Shown here piece after piece: positions 13,995 through 27,224 of a stretch of DNA of 64,000 bases. This stretch comes from Octopus vulgaris (Eukaryota). Positions within the stretch are counted from its first letter, which is position 1. The number at the start of each line of letters is the position of its first letter. A model generated the notes under the pieces. It was not told the DNA's origin, ran no database searches, and was given only the letters and a program-made list of their open reading frames with translations. The position numbers and the translations under genes were made by a program. The DNA is taken from positions 68,634,001 through 68,698,000 of the forward strand of contig OX597823.1 in NCBI GenBank assembly GCA_951406725.2. Direction: 5' to 3'.

Positions 13995-14330
13995 ATCCAA
14001 TGTGGCGCCCTAACACAACTGTCATAACTGGCTACTTGGTTGGTTATGACAATAAGCGTTCCAGTTAATCCAATCAATGGACAGCCTGCTTGCGAAATTA
14101 CATGCAAGTGACTGAGCACTCCACAGACATGCATATAGTTCTCAGAGAGATTCAGTGTGATACAAAATATGACAATGCTGGCTCTTTGAAATACAGGTAC
14201 AATTCATCTTTGCCAACTAAGAGGACTGAAGCAGTACTCAATGACATAACACATTGCCAGGAATCAAACTCATGACCTAACAATCATGAGCTGAATACCC
14301 TAACACCTGATCCACGTGACTTCACAACTG
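13995..14330 (-). mobile_element. tRNA-derived SINE
   Basis: Minus-strand head cacgtggatcaggtgttagggtattcagctcatgattgttaggtcatgagtttgattcctggc. Confidence 0.7.
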
Positions 14331-15449
14331 ACATAACAATCAGGATTCCTTATATTAGCATAAAGGTACAAATTTGTTGTCAGAGTAAAACTGACTGAAT
14401 TAACCTTAGTATATTTTTATTGACCCACACATACCTGAGGGATGAAAGGCAAAGATGATCTTTGTAAGATATAAATTAAGAACAAAATGGTCTGAAACTT
14501 TAAAAAAAATTTAGTGTACCATTTCTACCTTTCTATCAGCCTTTAGAGGAAATGAAATAGTTTCAGCAGGTGATTTAAATTGTTGCACAGACTCAGCAAA
14601 CTGGGATTTTATCTTTTTTTAAAGAAATAATTTTCTTTATCATCACTAGACTCTTTACAAATGAGGAAAGTGTTTATTACATAATGATGAAAGCAATAGT
14701 CTAAGCAGAGTACAATTCAAAAATAAGCACACAGAAAGCAGACTAATCACAAACAAAATTTTAAAAACACCTTGAGTGATGGTATATGAACCTTAATCAC
14801 ATTGGTTCTACTTAGTATAGAAGCAAACACACCAAAATCACTTCTTCAAAGAAATAAAACTATATTAGTCTAGAAACATTGATGACAGATTTGGAAACTT
14901 TATTGTTTTAGACGAACTACAAGGAATTCATATGAAAATATGATAATACATGAATACATATAAATCTCTAACACAGTCATGTTTTCAAAGTGACCTACAT
15001 GCACATGAACACACACACACACACAAAATATATATGTATAAAATTCTTAATGTTTCTTACAATAAGTCAAATTTATTGCAAAATTATTCTGAAGAATTTG
15101 GAATTCATTACTCAGCATATTACAAATGATCAAACATACTGAAGATAACGGCTTGGATTTTGCATTCTGCATTAATTTTGCTTGCCCAGTGCAGGTGACT
15201 GCTATAAAATTCTTTTCAGATGCAACCATAAAATGAATCTGTTTTGTCTCCCATTAGGAATCATAGCTGTGACTTCTTATCGTTTAATATTGAGAATTTA
15301 AAATTAGATAAGTTTCTAAGCGTAGTATTGATTTTGGTAAAAATTTAACTTTCAGTTGTTTTAACTTTGTCTAAATGTAGGCCCTACTGTCTTCTTTAAA
15401 GCTTTGTACTAGGAAAAAGAGGCATAGTTTCTTTATGAATATATTATAG

Positions 15450-17300
15450 GATCATATAAAAGACAGCTGTAATATAAATATAAATCAATTAGTTCCAATA
15501 AAAGTAAATTCACTTTTATTAGCAACTTGCTTCTCAGTAATAAAAATTACATGCCTGAACTATTTTTTACATGCCTGAACTTTTTCTGATAAAAGATTTC
15601 TTTTTAATTTAACATGCCAGGGAACATTGGTCATAGTAAATCTATTTCACCAAATTATTCTAATTCTAAAACTCTAATCAATGATATTTTTATGTCTTTT
15701 TTTATCAAGAAAACCGATAAAAAAATTTTAATGGTCATAAGATTCTTTGGCAAAAATAAATACTAAAAGAAACCCTTTTTTGAATCAACAAGGGCTCTTA
15801 CTCTTTCATGAAATGCTCTTCAAATCAGTAAATACCTTTAATTTTGATCTAAGCAATGATGAAAAGATTCGGCCAGTTGTTAAGAATTCTAGAACCAATG
15901 TGTTCCCTTCTGATCTTGTTCAGTTTCAGCTTCTCTTCTTGCTAGATTTGGATATTTGTACTTCCTCTCATAAAAATTCTTAAACATTTCTTGTCAGTTG
16001 GATGTACTGCCAGGATCATAAAATTATATCATTCAAACACTTTCCTCAATCTAATTTATCCTTTAAAATGACATTGGTTTAAATACATAATGTGTATGTA
16101 GATAAGCCAGCAGTTATTAATATTTGTGAGGATGAATAATTTGGTTATGAGAAGAATCACTGAATATGAGTCAATTCCCCTGAAATTCAGCATTGAAGTA
16201 CTCATAAAATTCATGAATGACTTAATAGTTCCATCAACCTCAAAGGTATGCACATTATTTTAAGTATTTCATCACCTGAATATTTTGATAATTTTTTTTT
16301 ATTGGGATATTGTAAAAATGCTTTCTGGATTGATAACTGCTTTCTGTCTTGAAACGATTCTATTTTTTTCAAATTTTTATCTTGAAGGGAAATCATATAA
16401 CATAATAAAAGACAGGATTTTCTCTTGCTAGACACCATTGAAGACTTTGCTAATATCTATGTCAAGGACAACTAGATTGCTTCTAGCTACCTGTTAATGG
16501 AATCTATCTCACATATCTTGGACTGAATGTTACACTTCTCCATCACAGTGAACAAAGTGGTGTTTTCTCTAGTCCTCCTTCCAACTCTCATTGCACCAAG
16601 GTTCAGCTGTATGTCTCACTCTTTTTGTAGTCATTAAAAACTTAATTGCTGTTACTTCTAACCACAAATATCGCTATGTACATAATACCCCTTTCACTTC
16701 GCCATAACCTTCTAAACACAAGTATCCTTCATCTACAACCTCATACCAGATTCCACTGCTTCCATGGCAAGTCTGAAACTTCCTAAGGGGTACATGATAA
16801 AGGAGTCATCAACAGCACAAAAACAGAATCATATCAGATACTAAGCCAACAATGTTGTAGTATAACCTCATGAACAAGATAGTAAAACTTAAAATGTTAC
16901 TGCAATGTTTTGAATTTTTATGGCAAGTTCACATGTAAATTCTTGCCAAATGTACATCCTAAGATTAAACTTCTTTTTTCAGAGCCCAAAACTATGCATC
17001 ATCTTGGTTCAGTTTCTGAAACTTCACAATGTTCAAATGCAATTTAGATTTGTATATTGATCACAAATCTGTAATGGTGTTGGTGCTATATGTACGAACA
17101 CTTATGACTACATATCTGAAAAAGGCCACTGAGCTGATTGCAAAGAATTACTCACAAATACAGTCTAAGAACTGACTCACAAATATATTGTTTCTATTCT
17201 ATGATTCCATGGTTTCAGATTGTTTTTTACTAGTTAGCTAAAGACAAACTCCAACATGTGTCATATAATAATACCAATCATCCTCTCATCATCCTTGATG
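15450..17300 (-). mobile_element. Decayed non-LTR retrotransposon RT fragment
   Basis: SIQKAF (cf. DYxKAFD) in ORF 16211..16438, FRGIDS (cf. RGIFQGDS) in ORF 16056..16253, and a KYKY (cf. YKYLG) remnant near 15955. Confidence 0.35.
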
Positions 17301-18440
17301 TGTTTCATTCTACAAAACTCTCAGTAAACCCACTTTTCAATTGTTCCTGCCTTAAGCTGCTGCTTGATGGCATATTCTTTCCCTATGCAGAAACATTTTT
17401 ATTATAGAAATTTAAAATTAACATTTTTATCAATTCAAACATTCTTGTAAGGCCTAAACCTGTCATGGCTGTGACCCTTCACAACTGGCTAAATGTTTCA
17501 AAATAGTTTTTTTTTTTTTATTCCTTAGGCCTATCATACACTGTAAGTCAAAGTTTAAGTTTTGGTACATACATAAATTTTAGTCAACTGGTTTTGCAGA
17601 AATTCCTAAGAATTTTTTTTTGTCTATCTAAGCTGTTTTTAGCATCAAATTAATAGATGTACTAGAGTGTCTCAGAAGAATAAAAAGAAAATTGGATTCT
17701 CATAACTTTTAGCTCAATGAATTAAAAACAAAATATAATATTCTCAAACAACCTTTTCCAAAATTTCTTACATATTACAGTACTTTTTTTAAATTTAGGA
17801 AAATCTTTTTTAATTTAATACAGAAGAATATCTGGTTGTCCATTTAGCTTCCTTACTCAATTTCACTGTCTTCATATTGCTAAAACTTGTTTTATCTGTA
17901 GCTGCTATCTCATGAAAAATAACAGTAAATTCTAGTTCATCTATCAGTATTTTTTTTTTCATCTAGATTACCTTCAAATTGAATTTGTATAGTTCTTAGT
18001 GCACAAATGAAAGCCAAACATCATTAATTTCTACACTGCATCAATCTCGCTACATCAAACATGAGAAGGCTTACAAGAACCATAGAAATACAGTTTTATC
18101 AAAAATACTGTCGCGATTTTTCGCCCATGAGTTTTCTCCCCTATAGTTGCAGGTACATTTTGTCGCCTTGAGAAGTTAAAATAATCACATCACTAGACTA
18201 TTCCATAATCGTCAGAGCATTAAGTGCTCCTTATGACTGCAGGTTCATGATAAGGTTGTGATCCGTAAACAGATTTTAGTAGGAACCAGAAAGAGAAGTA
18301 TGAACATGCAATGCACATGTGCACACTGAATTCATAAAATGGAAGAGAAGAATAAAAATGCAATGTCAAACAAGTTATATGAAGGTCTGCACGCCACGTC
18401 TGACACCACTATCATGCAGCTTAGCTGGAATTTTCTTGTT

Positions 18441-18946
18441 TCAAAATGGACAGCTGATTTGTTTGGCAATTTCCTTACAAAATTTTTATTTATTTACTCT
18501 TGTTTTCATGCCCTATTGAAGCTGACATTTGCCTTTAATGTTGGTGAGGGAGGTGAAAAGTGAAACTGACACTCACGTGTGGTTGCACACTCACATGCAT
18601 GCATACATACATGCATACTTACATAACATTCAAAACGTATGTATATATATATTTATGTATGTATGTGTATATGAAAGATAATGGGTGTACATATGTGTGT
18701 GTTTGCATGTGAACATGTTCAGCTTTATGTATGTGTGCATTTATGTGTGTGTATGTGTGGGTTTCACTATTCAACTTATGGACAATGGGTGTGTGTGAGC
18801 GCATGTAAGCATCTGTTTCACTTTTCACCTCCCTCACCAGCTTGAATGGCAAATGTCAGCTTCAACAGGACACGAAAATAAAAAGCAAATAAATAAATAA
18901 ATAATTCTCTATGGAAATAGCCAAACAAATCAGCTGTCCATTTTGA
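18441..18946. mobile_element. Foldback/MITE-like element with ~130-bp inverted arms
   Basis: tcaaaatggacagctgatttgtttggc..ggtgagggaggtgaaaagtgaaac (18441-18566) is mirrored at 18815-18946. The centre is a degenerate TG/CA tract. Confidence 0.75.
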
Positions 18947-20725
18947 GAGACTTGGTACTATCATCAAAAGAATGTCCATACACTCGTCATATGCAAAGAC
19001 TGTATCACAAAGATTAGCTTTTCCACCTCATAGCCATAAAATACTTCAGCCCCCAACAACTACTCTGTCCAAAATCCAGGAGAGACTCACAATGATGTAT
19101 TAATCCCACATATAGTATGGCACTATTACTACATACACCTACAAACATGCAAATGTTGAAGGTCAAATCCAATGAAATGCTACTTGATTGATTGACTTGA
19201 AGTTGCTCACCAACACACTGCAACCCTTGACATACAGACATGCAGTCTCTTCGCCATGCCTTTTATTTTAATATTACTACTATGATACCTGCTCCTTAAA
19301 GCTGATTGGTCTCATGCTACCTTCCCTCAGGCATTTCTGACTCACTCATCTCTCTTTCTCTTGTCACTCACATTGTGTTGCTTCACTTCACCACCAGCTT
19401 TATATTCATGCCTGGCACAATTTTTCTTCCTGTAGCTGTCAACTTGCAATTACTCAACAGGAACATTGATCATGATCTCACAATCTCTCAAGGTTTTTGA
19501 GGCCATAAAAACAGCTCTTTCTTCCAGTTTAGGCAACATTAGAAACATAAAAAATATAAATCTGATTCATAAATAATTTTCAGTTAAATACCATATTGTA
19601 TGAATCCTTTGGAATAAAGTATCTTGCTTAAGTGATCCTTTGAACAAACTGAATACCAATGACTGAATTTGAAACCTGCTTCATTAAATAGGCAACCAAG
19701 AATATTTACATTAATTTTGTGATTTAGCTATACAATCAATGATAAGTTGTAACATAACATAATGCTTGTAACAAAGTACTAATTTCTGAAACTCTTCTGA
19801 ACCAAATGAATTAGGTTTGATAAAATCAATATAAGACATACTTTAAACCTGCTTACTAGCTGCTATGCTATCAGAAAAATCCAAGCTTTTAACCATTTAG
19901 TAATTCTGTCAGGCTTTGTTTATTTTAAGTATGTATTTCTCTATTTATCTTTCAACTAGATTTCTACTAATTTCCCTGGATATCAACAGACATAAAAGAC
20001 TTAACAGTATAGAATAGGTCTATGAATAAATCCAATTAATTGCATTTCACTATATACACTGAAATAAATTATAAAATTGAAAACAACAAAATTAAGTAGG
20101 GGAAATAATTAATAAAAAATTTCCTGAAGCTGTATACACATTTATACTGCTATTTAAACATACATCATTACAAAACACATACTCATGCAACTACATAAAT
20201 ATACACATCAAATTAGATGTATACTTATATATTCATATGTACATAGTCATACATACCTCCTCATACACAAAAGCCTCTTTATCTTTTTTTAACCAAATCT
20301 GATTATGATTTTTTTCATACAGATTCTATGTAAAACAATAAAGGTAGACACTGTTTTGTTGCATAGGTCAATTTGATTTTCAGTATCGAACAATAAGAAC
20401 TGAACTAAATGGAAATGGTATTAGCAAGGCATTATATGCCTTACAGAAATAATTAAATCTGGCATTGCATTTATAATGGCTACTCTTCATATAAAAAGCT
20501 ATTCTTTAATCATGTGCAAGAAATGTATATTTTTTCCAATATTAATAAACCATGCATAAATTTATAGATGTATGTATGTATGTAAGTATGCATCAATTCA
20601 CGAATATGTGAAAATATGAATATATGTATCTGCGTGGAACTGTATCCATATTTTTGCAGTTGAATACATTTTAGTAGGTAGGTAGGTAGGTAGATATGTA
20701 GGTTGATCGTTATTTTAACATCCAA

Positions 20726-20940
20726 AGGCGGCAAGCTGGCAGAAACATTAGCACACTGAGCGAAATGCTTTGCAATATTTTGTCTGTCTTTACATTCTGA
20801 GTTCAAATTCCACTGAGGTCGACTTTACCTTTCATCCTTTTGGGGTCGATAAATTAAGTAACAGTTGCACACTGGGGTCGATCTAATTGACTGGCCCTCT
20901 CCCCAAAAGTTTTCAGGCCTTGTGCCTAGAGTAGAAGAAA
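20726..20940 (+). mobile_element. SINE family A, full copy
   Basis: ggcggcaagctggcagaaacattagc..ctttcatccttttggggtcgataaattaagta..gcctagagtagaag. Further copies at 27808-28018, 41722-41935 and ~43345-43470. Confidence 0.88.
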
Positions 20941-21877
20941 TTATTTTAGCATCCAGTTTTCCATGCTACCATGGCTCAAAAGAAATTTATTGAAGAGCAT
21001 TTGGCATGTAAAAACATGGCAAATATTCTTCTAGTCATCAAGTTTTACTTGTTCACAGAAAAGGTAATATTTCCCCTTTGTCTAGGTTTCTAAATAAAGA
21101 GAAATACCTAATAAAATCAACATTACTGTTTTTTTCGTCTCTTCATTGATTGTATGTTTTTATTATGTTTTAAAATTTGTTATGTTAATATATTTATCTG
21201 CATGTATTTACATTATGCATATTTCAGTATTATGTATACCTATCATGTATTTGTGTACATCATTAATATATAAGTGCATAATATGTGTGTGTGTGAAAAG
21301 GGGACGTCAGTCTCCAAAACTTCAAAGTTGAGTAACATTTTCATGTTTGGATAAAATCCGAATATTTTTTCCTTAGTGAAAATTCCGGGGGTCCCCCCTC
21401 GCCCCACCCTCTGAACCAAAATATGAGATTTGCAGCATATTAGGAGGTCAGGGTACTTGATTCCAGGCAAAAAATCTGAGGTTTTTTTTTTGCTGAAAAT
21501 CGTGCAGGTGTTTATCTGAAAATTTACCAAAAACCTCTGCATTTGAATTTTTCAATGGAAAAAACTTTTGTGTACATGTAAATTGATCTTCACTATATGC
21601 GCGGTATTCAATCAATGTGTAAGATGGCTGTCAAGCATGAATAGTGATTACGACGATGCGTATGATGTCGTCAGATTTTGTGGTGTTTCAGGGTCACTGG
21701 TTTTTGTTCGAAGGTCTGGGGTCTCCCTTGGTTTTATTAAAGTGTTATAAGTAGAAACACAAATCACGAACGCATTTCCATCTCTACACAAATACACGCT
21801 CCCTGTTTATACAAGTCACTCACAAACCAAAACACCAATCACACAGTATTTAAATCAACTTAATAATAATAATAATA

Positions 21878-24815
21878 TCAGCTACCCCACTCTGTCTCCA
21901 GTACCATTCTTCTCCCAACACTACTCCTCCTCATGTGAATTCTAATTCTATTACTGACCCCCACTGATACTGCCAGTTCACCTCCAAGCTGTGTTCTTAG
22001 CACCTGTACAAGTCGCTATTTGAAGCCCATCAAATGTCACATGTGTAGTCTAAGCTACCACAGAAGTTGCGTCGGCATTACTAAGGTTCAAGCTGAAAGT
22101 TTTCTAATTGGACATACAACTGATGTTACTTCAGGTCTGACATCCTTAGTAGGACAGAACCTTGCTTTGAGGTCCAGATCACTGTTAAAGACTTTGCTGC
22201 CGCCCTCTAGGGTTTGTCTAAGTTGAGGCTCATTAATCAGATCCCTAAAGATGCTCAGATTTGTTTTGCTCATGTTCTCTCGAAACTGCTGAAGAATGTC
22301 TGCCTATTGAAGAACACTTCGGATTGGCAGAAACTGTTCCTGTTCCTTTTGGTCTCCCTCCACATGACGAATGGGAATAGTGGATCTCTCACTTCTTCCC
22401 TGAAACGGCAGTTTGAGCTGTTCGAACCTACCCCAACCACTGTTCGTCTGAGGTTGGTCATCAGATCAACCCCGATCAATGGTCGACCACCTAACTTAAA
22501 GAAGGCTGTTAATGATAAATTCAGCTGTTTGCCTACTTCCCTCTCTGTCCTCCCTTGTTCCGTGTACCACAGACTCCCTCAAACAACAGGAGAAACATCC
22601 TCCTACACTGGTCCGACCTACCAAGTCTTTTGCAACCCATCTTCACCCCTGACAATGCCAGGAGGGCAACTGACTCTTTTCCAGCAGATTCTGGGGTTGG
22701 GATCGATGGCTTACAACCTCAGCATCTCAATGATGGTATCTCCCTGTCAACTGGTAATGCTGGGCTCAAACTCTTGAAGAACCTAACACAGTTCATAAAT
22801 TTGTTCTCGTCTGAGAGTGTCCTTTCCTACATTTGTCTCCTGTTTTTTGGGGCCAAACTATTTGGTCTCACTAAGCCCAACAGTGACCTCTGCCCCATAG
22901 CAGTTGGTTGTATTCTGTGACGGCGCACAGTAAAAGTGTGCATGTCCTCAGTTTCTAACTGCCTAACCAAGGAATTTTACCTTATTCAGCTAGGAGTAGG
23001 TACTATGCTAGGCTGTGAGGCCGCTGCTCATGCCACCAGGGCTTTCACTAACTTGCCCTCTGAGTCCCCAAAGGTCATCCTCAAACTTGGCCTTAAGAAT
23101 ACTTTTAACTTCATCAGTCGAGATGTCATTCTCTGGGCAGTAAGGGGGAATTCCCCACCACCTTATCACTTTGCTTGGCAAGCTTATCAGGAGCCCTACT
23201 ACCTTTCGTTTGTTGACCACCTCATCCCATCTGTCTCTGGAGTCCAGCCGAATGACCCACTTGATCCTGGCCTATTCGCATTGGGTATTGATGATGTTAC
23301 CAAAACCTAAATGACTGGTACCTTGACGATGCTTGTTTGGGAGGCCCTCCTGACAAGGTGCTTGCAACTGCAAGGAATTTGATACAGGCCTTAGCATTAA
23401 CAACTCTGGCTCCCCAACCACCAGCTTTGCATGAGTAAACTGCTAAAGTGGTTGTTGACTCCCTCCCCTCAATCACGATTCCTCCTTCATCTGCATGGTG
23501 TTCCCTTCGATTCCCAATTACTGACCTAGCTTTTCAGTCCATCTTTAGATCCAAAGTGGTTAACCACGAACAACTTTTAAAAAACCTTGAGGTAATTGGG
23601 GCCCACCTAAGGTTTTGTATATCTAGGAATTAGTTGTCAATTCCTAAGCTATGGCATTTTCTGAGAGTTAGTCCCTCTTACAGATTCCTGTCGTCTCTCC
23701 GATATTTTGACAACCTAATCTTCAGAAAATTCAAATTCTTGGTTAATGTCAAACTCACCCCAGACTCCTGTGACCAAGCTGCTTTGCCCAAACAGTTTAG
23801 GCAGGGTCTAGGTCTGCACAAATGCTTGTCTTTATCTCTTCCCTATTTCCTTCCCTCCGTCTATGCTGGCCCCCTTTTAGTAGGCAACAACCTCTCCTCT
23901 CTGACATGGACTAACTCCAACAGGGAGATGGATGGAGCTCTATCACAGTGGAGAGAGCTGGGTTTGTCAGTTCCGGTTGCAGTGGACAATAGACGGAAAC
24001 AGAGAGTATGGGGCAATCTGCGTTCAGATGCTACTTTCAACTCTCTCCTTGATCAATCTAATCAATTTTCGAGGTGTCACTTACTTTCAGCTAATGTAAA
24101 ATTCTCAGGGGACTGGATTGATGTCCTGCCTGTGGCCAACATTGGAGCTCTACTCAGTCTAGATGAACTCCGCATCTCCATCACACTCAGAGTAGGAGCT
24201 GACGTATGTAGGGGACTGAGATGTCTCTGTGGTAGGCCCCTCGACCCCACAGGTCTTCATGATCTGCCTTGCCACCTAAATGCTAGTCACTTCGCTCGTC
24301 ACACCAAGCTAAACCTAATCACTAAGCAAACCCTGGCTTGGATTAATATCCCCTTGGTTCTGGAGTCGTCGGGATTATCCAAAAGTAATGGAAAGAGACC
24401 AGATGGTATTACTCTCTGTCTCTGGGTTTGAAGTAGGTGCTTCATTAAGGATGTCACATTCTGCAACTCTTTTGCTCCCGCCCACATCCTGGATGCGGCA
24501 GTTAATGGGAGGGTTGCTGCTTCCGTAGCTGAATGGAAGAAAACCCTGAAGTATCAGCACTTGGCAGTGAACTATCTCTTCTGACATGTGGTATTTTTGA
24601 GACGTTCGGAGGGACTGGACCACTAACTGCGAATTCCTTGTTAACATTAGCAGCTCGCCTCACCGGTGTGTCAGATGATACCTGTGAGGGTGCTTGGCTT
24701 TCCCAACACCTTAGCCTCGCCAGCGCCCGTGGTAATGCTGCGAGCGTGCTGGCTTGCTTCAGTAGGTTCCGTTAAACTTTGTGGTGTGCGACCAGTTGCT
24801 GTGATAAAAAATAAG
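21878..24815 (+). mobile_element. CRE-clade non-LTR retrotransposon (PHD finger + RT + restriction-like endonuclease), frameshifted
   Basis: RT motifs GIDGLQPQHL, GAKLFGLTKP..PIAVG, QLGVG..GCEAAAHA, KLGLKNTFN, GVQPNDPLDP and WYLDDA (23316). C-terminal CLCG..RH and GKRPDGITL (RLE). Ends RGNAASVLAC then an A-rich tail. Confidence 0.88.
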
Positions 24816-25004
24816 AACCTCTACAAATGGTTTCAATACAGTTTTAATAGAAAGATTTGGAAGGATTGAATGACAGTTCTCCGGTAAATTTCTTTCATGT
24901 AAATAAATGTTTATGTTAATTTAACAACTTGCCAGCAAAATCTTATAAAATGGCAATGTTCTAAAAGATGTACAGTTAAATATACTAAAACACGGAGTAA
25001 AAGC

Positions 25005-25228
25005 AACCGTTCTGATCACTTTGGCCGCCATGGGTTTTGCAGTAAATCACTAAATCATCCATAACTTTGTCTTATCCTCTCAAATTACACCAAAATCTCA
25101 GACAATAACAACTAATATTGTATTTATTATCTGTGAAATTTATATAATATAAAACAACTTTGATAAATCATTAATACCTACTTTTCTGACGAAAACAATG
25201 CCGTTCTGAACATTTTGGCCGCAACTGT
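25005..25228 (-). mobile_element. IR/DR-type Tc1 terminal repeat (outer and inner direct repeats)
   Basis: Minus strand reads TA|CAGTTGCGGCCAAAATGTTCAGAACGG. Inner copy ccgttctgatcactttggccgc at ~25007-25028. Possible HTH remnant (P*NTTKSDDIIR) on the minus strand near 21660-21695, beyond the CRE insertion. Confidence 0.55.
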
Positions 25229-25246
25229 ATGTGTTTACATGTTATA

Positions 25247-26022
25247 TCTTTATATATAAAAGAGAGGTTGTGTGCTGTCTGTCTCCTACGATTTAGATTC
25301 CTAACTACTCCCACATTTTGCGGTGCAGTTTAACCAAAACCGGGTATCTTATAGTCGTGATTCATATCGAGCCCTTCTGGGTATTAGCACGTGTCTACGA
25401 TGAGTCTACGATTTAAAAAAATTTACCATCAATTTTTCCCATTTTTAATGCATTTTTGGCATATATAAGGGAAGTAACTCTCTAAAATTTTTTTATTAAA
25501 TCTCAGAACGTAAAAAGCTACAATAACACCGCCCCACTTTGTGGTTAGCCATATTGAGATGGCTGTTATACTTTACATCTCTAAAAATGCTTATATAGAT
25601 CCAAACCCGAGCAACGCCAGGCGATACTGCTAGTCTTTATATATAAAAGTGAGGTTGTGTGCTGTCTGTCTCCTACGATTTAGATTCCTAATTACTCCCA
25701 CATTTTGCGGTGCAGTTTAACCAAAACTGGGTATCTTATAGTCGAGATTCATATCGAGCCCTTCTGGGTATTAGCGCGCGTCTACGATGAGTCTACGATT
25801 TAAAAAAAAATTTCCCATCAATTTTTCCCATTTTTAATGCATTTTTGGCATATATAAGGGAAGTAACTCTCTAAAAATTTATTATTAAATCTCAGAACGT
25901 AAAAAGCTACAGTAACATATGTGGTTAACCATATTGAGATGGCTATTATACTTTACATCTCTAAAAATGCTTATATAGCTATTTCCCTTACAAACCCGAG
26001 CAACGCCGGGCGATACTGCTAG
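25247..26022 (+). mobile_element. Head-to-tail dimer of a ~388-bp non-autonomous Helitron
   Basis: Unit 1 is 25247-25633 and unit 2 is 25634-26022. Each starts with TC and ends with hairpin cccgagcaacgcc(a/g)gg + CTAG. The dimer is inserted between A and T. Confidence 0.9.
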
Positions 26023-26045
26023 TATGAAAATAAAAATATCTAACA

Positions 26046-26151
26046 AAAAATTGAACAAAAGAATCGCGAAAAACCCGAGAAGGCAGCATACAGAGTTTTT
26101 TTATATGTTGCCTTCTCAGTTTTTTCGTGTTTCTTTTCTTATTCAATTTTT
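26046..26151. repeat. Imperfect ~50-bp inverted repeat
   Basis: aaaaattgaa..cgaaaaacccgagaaggcagcata vs tatgttgccttctcagttttttcg..ttcaattttt. Confidence 0.8.
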
Positions 26152-26172
26152 CTTTTTAGTGCGTTATATGTG

Positions 26173-26236
26173 GTCTGTGCCTGATGAACACATTCACATT
26201 CCTCAACATATGAAACTATTAGTAGCACTTACAGAC
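26173..26236 (+). ncRNA. Candidate type I hammerhead ribozyme (stem II weak)
   Basis: GTGC-CTGATGA(26181-87)-a..t-GAAA(26212-15)-CT att AG-TA-GCAC. Stem I GUGC/GCAC is extended by GUCU/AGAC past a 4-nt bulge. Predicted cleavage after GUA at 26224. Confidence 0.45.
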
Positions 26237-27224
26237 ATGTACTGTGTCCTTTAAATAGATAATATTTATCTGTCACCGCATGGTGTACTCTGTTGCTGAA
26301 TTTTCTATCACAGAACAGTATATAATATATATATTTTTTTTTTTTCACACAAACACAAATATAAACGTTATGCGAACGATATTTTGAAAACAAGTGTTTA
26401 ATATTTAATTTCGTGTGTGTGTGAAATTAAATATATAAAATTAAATATCTAAGTATTTTCTTACTTTTGCTTGAAATAATGTTTTTTCTACAGCGACCGG
26501 CAACATGTTTTGATATCGTGGTTGACTGTCGTCTGGTCTGTTTGAATGTCGTCTGTTCGCAAGATTGAATCAAGTGATATATCCTTTAAACGGTGTTCCT
26601 TTTTCCTTTTTTCTTTTTTTAATTTACTTTATTAAAAAAATTACCTAATTTATTGAAGTAAATAAGTGAACAGAGAAGCAGAAAAGCAAAAAGGGATAAT
26701 ATTATAAACTATTACGATAACAATTTTATTCTCTACCCCTCATTCCCTATCAATTGACTCCATCAAAAGTTATATACAGCGTTCGTGTGCCTATGATGAC
26801 GTACATCTGTGTGTGCGCGTGCGTGTGCGTGTGTTTGAACTTCCATCATCACTTAGCATAATTAGTTTCCAGTTTTTAGTTTATTTATTTATTTGGAAAA
26901 AATAAAATTTTGCTGTTCAAATCTTATCAAAATACCTGCTGCCCCAGCAGTTGATATGCCGCTCACTCGTCGCTCTATATTTTTATATTTCTCATTTACC
27001 CCACTCACTTCATTTCTTTGTAGTTTTACTTTCCTTCTACCAGATTGTCAGGTGTGGAACACTGTGCTGTATTGTAAGAAATGTGCTTGTGTGTATGTGT
27101 GTGAAATTGATAAACATAATTTACAAGGGAAAATTAACACTACTATTTAGTGTCTCTGACTGTTACTCCCTCTCCATTTGTTTTAGTCTCTCTTTACTAG
27201 TGTGACCAACGAGACACGTGTTTT

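Larger units (their letters stand above)
13000..20500 (-). pseudogene. Decayed TLR-like remnant interrupted by SINEs, a foldback element and a LINE fragment
   Basis: Minus-strand order: VKSLDFSDS (~19870-19893), IDFIKPNSFGSEEFQKL (~19780-19830), LEFTVIFHEIAATDKTSFSNMKTVKL (~17858-17935), CLRILYFVFNSL (~17715-17750), LRNLSNL (~15300-15320), TM-like LKILFVISLLSVCLFL (~14720-14765), TIR-like MFILG..FVRSE in ORF 13665..13871. Confidence 0.5.
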
